NCBI RefSeq assembly: GCF_045865675.1 | Contig: NZ_BAAFGK010000004.1 | Coordinates: forward strand, 2,167,471 to 2,199,470 | Direction: 5' to 3' | Length of the DNA: 32,000 nt | Source: Candidatus Magnetaquiglobus chichijimensis | GTDB lineage: Bacteria; Pseudomonadota; Magnetococcia; Magnetococcales; Magnetaquicoccaceae | In this document: piece after piece, positions 29,217 through 32,000 of the stretch | How positions within the stretch are numbered: the stretch's first letter is position 1 | Layout: every line of letters starts with the position of its first letter | Notes under the pieces: generated by a model | Database searches by the model: none | What the model saw: only the letters and a program-made list of their open reading frames with translations | What the model was told of the DNA's origin: nothing | Position numbers and translations under genes: made by a program

Positions 29217-30602
29217 CTACATCTCATATCGTGCATTTTTACGACTAACAACCAGGAAAATTCCAGTCAAAAAATACGGATAGAGCAGATAATAATCAAA
29301 GCCAGAAAAAAATGAAATTACCAGCCACAAAATATTAGCGCGAATCATATACGGCACTACATTCTGGAGATTATTCCGAAAGCACGCATGATTCTCACCA
29401 ATCAAGATTGGATGTTTTGATGAAACCCATAACGGTCTTAGAAATGCAAAATAGAATGCAGAAAAGGAAAACAACCCTCCGTTAGCAAGGATCAGGATTA
29501 TCAAATCGTTACTAGTGACAAATCCCCAACCAGTTCCGACTATTGGGTATTTCAAGAAATATTCGAAAGCATTTTGAATGGACCATATTCTGGCAATGAA
29601 AGAGCCAGTTTCCATTTTTCCGATTGTAATTTCATAGAGTGAAACAGGTAGCTCATAAGAAAAAATAACCATACCAATCGCAGCCACTGCAATCAAGAAA
29701 ACTGCAATTGAATAATTGTATCGGAAATTAGTAAACCAGAACTCACCAATTCCCAAAAGTAAAAAAACGACTAAACCAAGAATTGCGGTTGTAGATAACG
29801 ATAAAAGAAGAACAGTTACGCATAAAAAAAGTGCAAATTTATTGTATTGTCGGTAACGCGACCCAAATACCCAATTTATGGCACTCTTACTCGCTACAAG
29901 AGGAAGTGCTGCAAGTAGTTGTTTGGCAAAGATAGAAGGTTCCAGAGCCGTCGATGAAATTCGCGACCATCCATCGATAACATGAAGATATCCTTGAGCA
30001 CTGGGATTGAAAGAGGTATTGAAAATCCAATACGGATATTCCAAACCAAATAAAGCAAGCAAGAATTGAAGCGCACCCCAAAGCGCGGAAAAATAGCAAC
30101 CCAGGATGAACCATTTAATACCAGCCTTTACATTTTCAATTTTCTCGCAATAAATGGTAATTGCCAGAGCAACACCGAGCAAGGTTGCAAGAGGATATTT
30201 TATGGTAGTGGAATTGATCTCAATGGGAATCGTCTCTGCGACGTCATCTTTGCCGATGCCGCCATCACCCAGTATTGAATAATCTCCACCAGAAACAATC
30301 CACGGATTGACCATCGAACTAACAATAGCAAGTGCAAACAGCACTAACGCCCAATAATTGAAATCGCGCGGAAATAAGAATAACTTACCAATATAGGATC
30401 GTTTAATAAACGAAGAAAATAAATATACAACAACAAAGAACTGCCCTATAAAAAGCGACGCCCCGGAATCAGAATTAAAAACTGCAGTAGCGGAAAACGG
30501 GATGAAAAATGACAATATCGACAACACATGACGCAAATAAAAACCAGGAAAGGCTACAGCAGCTAATAAAACAACAAAACCAAGCCAAGTTAAGCCGTTC
30601 AT
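29217..30602 (-). CDS. Polytopic membrane protein, O-antigen polymerase/ligase-like (Wzy-type)
   Basis: 461 aa, almost entirely hydrophobic with at least 10 predicted helices and one larger loop. It is very AT-rich and embedded between glycosyltransferases. No soluble-domain motifs were seen. The family assignment rests on context and topology only. Confidence 0.6.
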   Translation of the reverse strand: MNGLTWLGFVVLLAAVAFPGFYLRHVLSILSFFIPFSATAVFNSDSGASLFIGQFFVVVYLFSSFIKRSYIGKLFLFPRDFNYWALVLFALAIVSSMVNPWIVSGGDYSILGDGGIGKDDVAETIPIEINSTTIKYPLATLLGVALAITIYCEKIENVKAGIKWFILGCYFSALWGALQFLLALFGLEYPYWIFNTSFNPSAQGYLHVIDGWSRISSTALEPSIFAKQLLAALPLVASKSAINWVFGSRYRQYNKFALFLCVTVLLLSLSTTAILGLVVFLLLGIGEFWFTNFRYNYSIAVFLIAVAAIGMVIFSYELPVSLYEITIGKMETGSFIARIWSIQNAFEYFLKYPIVGTGWGFVTSNDLIILILANGGLFSFSAFYFAFLRPLWVSSKHPILIGENHACFRNNLQNVVPYMIRANILWLVISFFSGFDYYLLYPYFLTGIFLVVSRKNARYEM

Positions 30603-31621
30603 GCATAAAGCCTATTCTTGTACTTAAAGTAAACAATTTTGGCTCTATGATATAGCCGCTTTGCAAAGCCTATCAAACCTGATGAAGAGCCAACTAGTGA
30701 TGCAAACATCACAATAAGTCGTCCGTAACCAATAGGGTAAAGTGTTTTACTTGCGTACTGTCTCCATTGCAATAGATGCATTTCTGACCTTAATTCGGAC
30801 AAACGAAACAGCCTATGCTCCCTTCTGACAACTTGAAGAATGTCTATTTCTCTATGTTTTTCTTTAATTAGCTTAGAAATGGCTAGATACCCATAAAAAT
30901 CTATATTATATCTTGCTATTCTACCTCCACTCGAAAAGCTGTCATTGTCGTTTCTGCAAACAACAAAAGCGCTCGGCAAATACTTCAACCTTCTTCCGCT
31001 TAAAAGAAGGGATAAACACGCATAAACGTGTGCGTAACAAGTCCGGTTCAACAAATCAGAGTACGACTCTAGCCATGATTTTCTCTCTACAACAATACAT
31101 GGTATATAGCTAAAAATAGCTCCAATCGTCTTTATCGTTTTCAAATACTGCTCGGCCTGTGATGGTGAACCAAAATCCCAACTCGATGTGTTAGTCAAAT
31201 TAGGCAACCATGCTGTCACACCAAAAATCTTCATATCCCTATCGGCTTCATATCTATTAAAAAGCAAAATTCCGGGATTGTCTGAAAGTGCATTCAGTAT
31301 TGAACATACTGAATCTTGGGTGGCGTGGTCATCGCTTGACATAAACCAACAATAGCGACCAGAGGCATATTGCACAGCTTTTTTTAGATCAGCATCAACA
31401 CCACCATTATTATCAAGGCGTATATAATTAATATTAATATCAGAAAAATTATTTTTTAAATTCTTTATGATTTCTGAAGTATTGTCTGTGGAAGCACCAT
31501 CTACTACAACGATCTCTACGGAAGCACACATCTGAGGTATAAGCTTCTCGATAGTAGATGCGATATATGAACCTCTATTTCGCGTTGGAATACAAATTGA
31601 GAGTTCCATAGAATAACCCAT
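30599..31621 (-). CDS. Glycosyltransferase family 2
   Basis: 340 aa. The N-terminus LSICIPTRNRGSYIASTIEKL ... VEIVVVDGASTDNT ... FMSSDD matches the GT2 DxD-type fold. There is an ATGA overlap with the wzy-like gene. An alternative start is at 31609. Confidence 0.88.
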   Translation of the reverse strand: MGYSMELSICIPTRNRGSYIASTIEKLIPQMCASVEIVVVDGASTDNTSEIIKNLKNNFSDININYIRLDNNGGVDADLKKAVQYASGRYCWFMSSDDHATQDSVCSILNALSDNPGILLFNRYEADRDMKIFGVTAWLPNLTNTSSWDFGSPSQAEQYLKTIKTIGAIFSYIPCIVVERKSWLESYSDLLNRTCYAHVYACLSLLLSGRRLKYLPSAFVVCRNDNDSFSSGGRIARYNIDFYGYLAISKLIKEKHREIDILQVVRREHRLFRLSELRSEMHLLQWRQYASKTLYPIGYGRLIVMFASLVGSSSGLIGFAKRLYHRAKIVYFKYKNRLYA

Positions 31622-31697
31622 TTAATTTCTATTATAATTAAAAAACATTCTATCGTCAGATTGGATTAAATGGGGCCAAATTGCATCTAGAAACAAC

Positions 31698-31829
31698 GGG
31701 CTCCTCGCTGTTTCACGTGGGTAGGGTGAAGTTTAACTTGCCCCTGATGAGGTAGGCCATGGTGATGAAGTTGGTATCCGAGCGGTAACCCCTGGCTCGT
31801 GCCTTTGCGGCCTGGAGGAGGCTGTTGAA
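31698..31829 (-). pseudogene. ISL3-like transposase 3' end plus terminal IR, copy 1 (132-bp stub)
   Basis: The minus-strand translation is FNSLLQAAKARARGYRSDTNFITMAYLIRGKLNFTLPT*, with the stop at 31715-31713. It fits the ISL3 C-terminal pattern EGxNxxIKxxKRxAxGxRxxxNF. The outer end GGGCTCCTCGCTG resembles ISL3-type IR starts. Confidence 0.5.
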
Positions 31830-32000
31830 GGGTTCCTCGCTGTTTCACGTGGGCAGGGTGAAGTTTAACTTGCCCCCGACGAGGTAGGCCATGGTGATGA
31901 AGTTGGCGTCCGAGCGGTAGCCTCTGGCCCGTGCCTTGGTGGCCTGGAGGAGGCTATTGAACCCTCAACCAATCCGGTGGTCAGGCCGCTATGGAATCCA
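31830..32000 (-). pseudogene. ISL3-like transposase 3' portion, copy 2 (frameshifted, continues beyond the window)
   Basis: The translation GFHSGLTTGLVEG is followed by a 1-nt deletion near 31962, then FNSLLQATKARARGYRSDANFITMAYLVGGKLNFTLPT*, with the stop at 31847-31845. It differs from copy 1 at 12 of 132 positions. Confidence 0.5.

Overview
The window has five parts. (1) 1-1270: a tRNA-Ser(UGA) gene surrounded by repeats and IS debris, namely a 503-bp IS21-family mini-remnant with both termini and a frameshifted istB tail, abutting an IS200-type tnpA stub. (2) 1272-9132: a complete, canonically ordered type I-C CRISPR-Cas operon, cas3-cas5c-cas8c-cas7c-cas4-cas1-cas2, with 4-bp ATGA overlap at cas5c/cas8c and short gaps elsewhere. 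(3) 9133-19484: an AT-rich leader and a very large CRISPR array. I walked it repeat by repeat and counted 155 repeats (consensus GTCGCCCCCCACGCGGGGGCGCGGATTGAAAC) and 154 spacers. It ends flush against a 5'-truncated, frameshifted rve-type transposase stub. (4) 20219-31621: a surface-polysaccharide locus. wecB and a GT-B glycosyltransferase lie on the + strand. A tightly coupled minus-strand operon encodes GT2, a Wzy-like membrane protein, GT4, GT4, rmd, gmd, an initiating sugar transferase and a VanZ-like protein. Its distal half is visibly AT-rich. (5) 31698-32000: two diverged, tandemly abutting 3' ends of an ISL3-like transposase. I found no convincing evidence for an entirely new gene system. 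The most unusual content is inside the array: its size, at least 26 of 154 spacers that are duplicates or diverged variants of each other, a hairpin protospacer sampled from both strands, a mutated leader-proximal repeat and a truncated distal end. Other points of interest are a strong internal SD+GTG in cas8c predicting Cas11c, a 6 x 17-bp tandem repeat between the tRNA and its terminator, and an 800-bp gene-less palindrome-rich spacer. All protein calls rest on motif recognition by eye. No database search was run.
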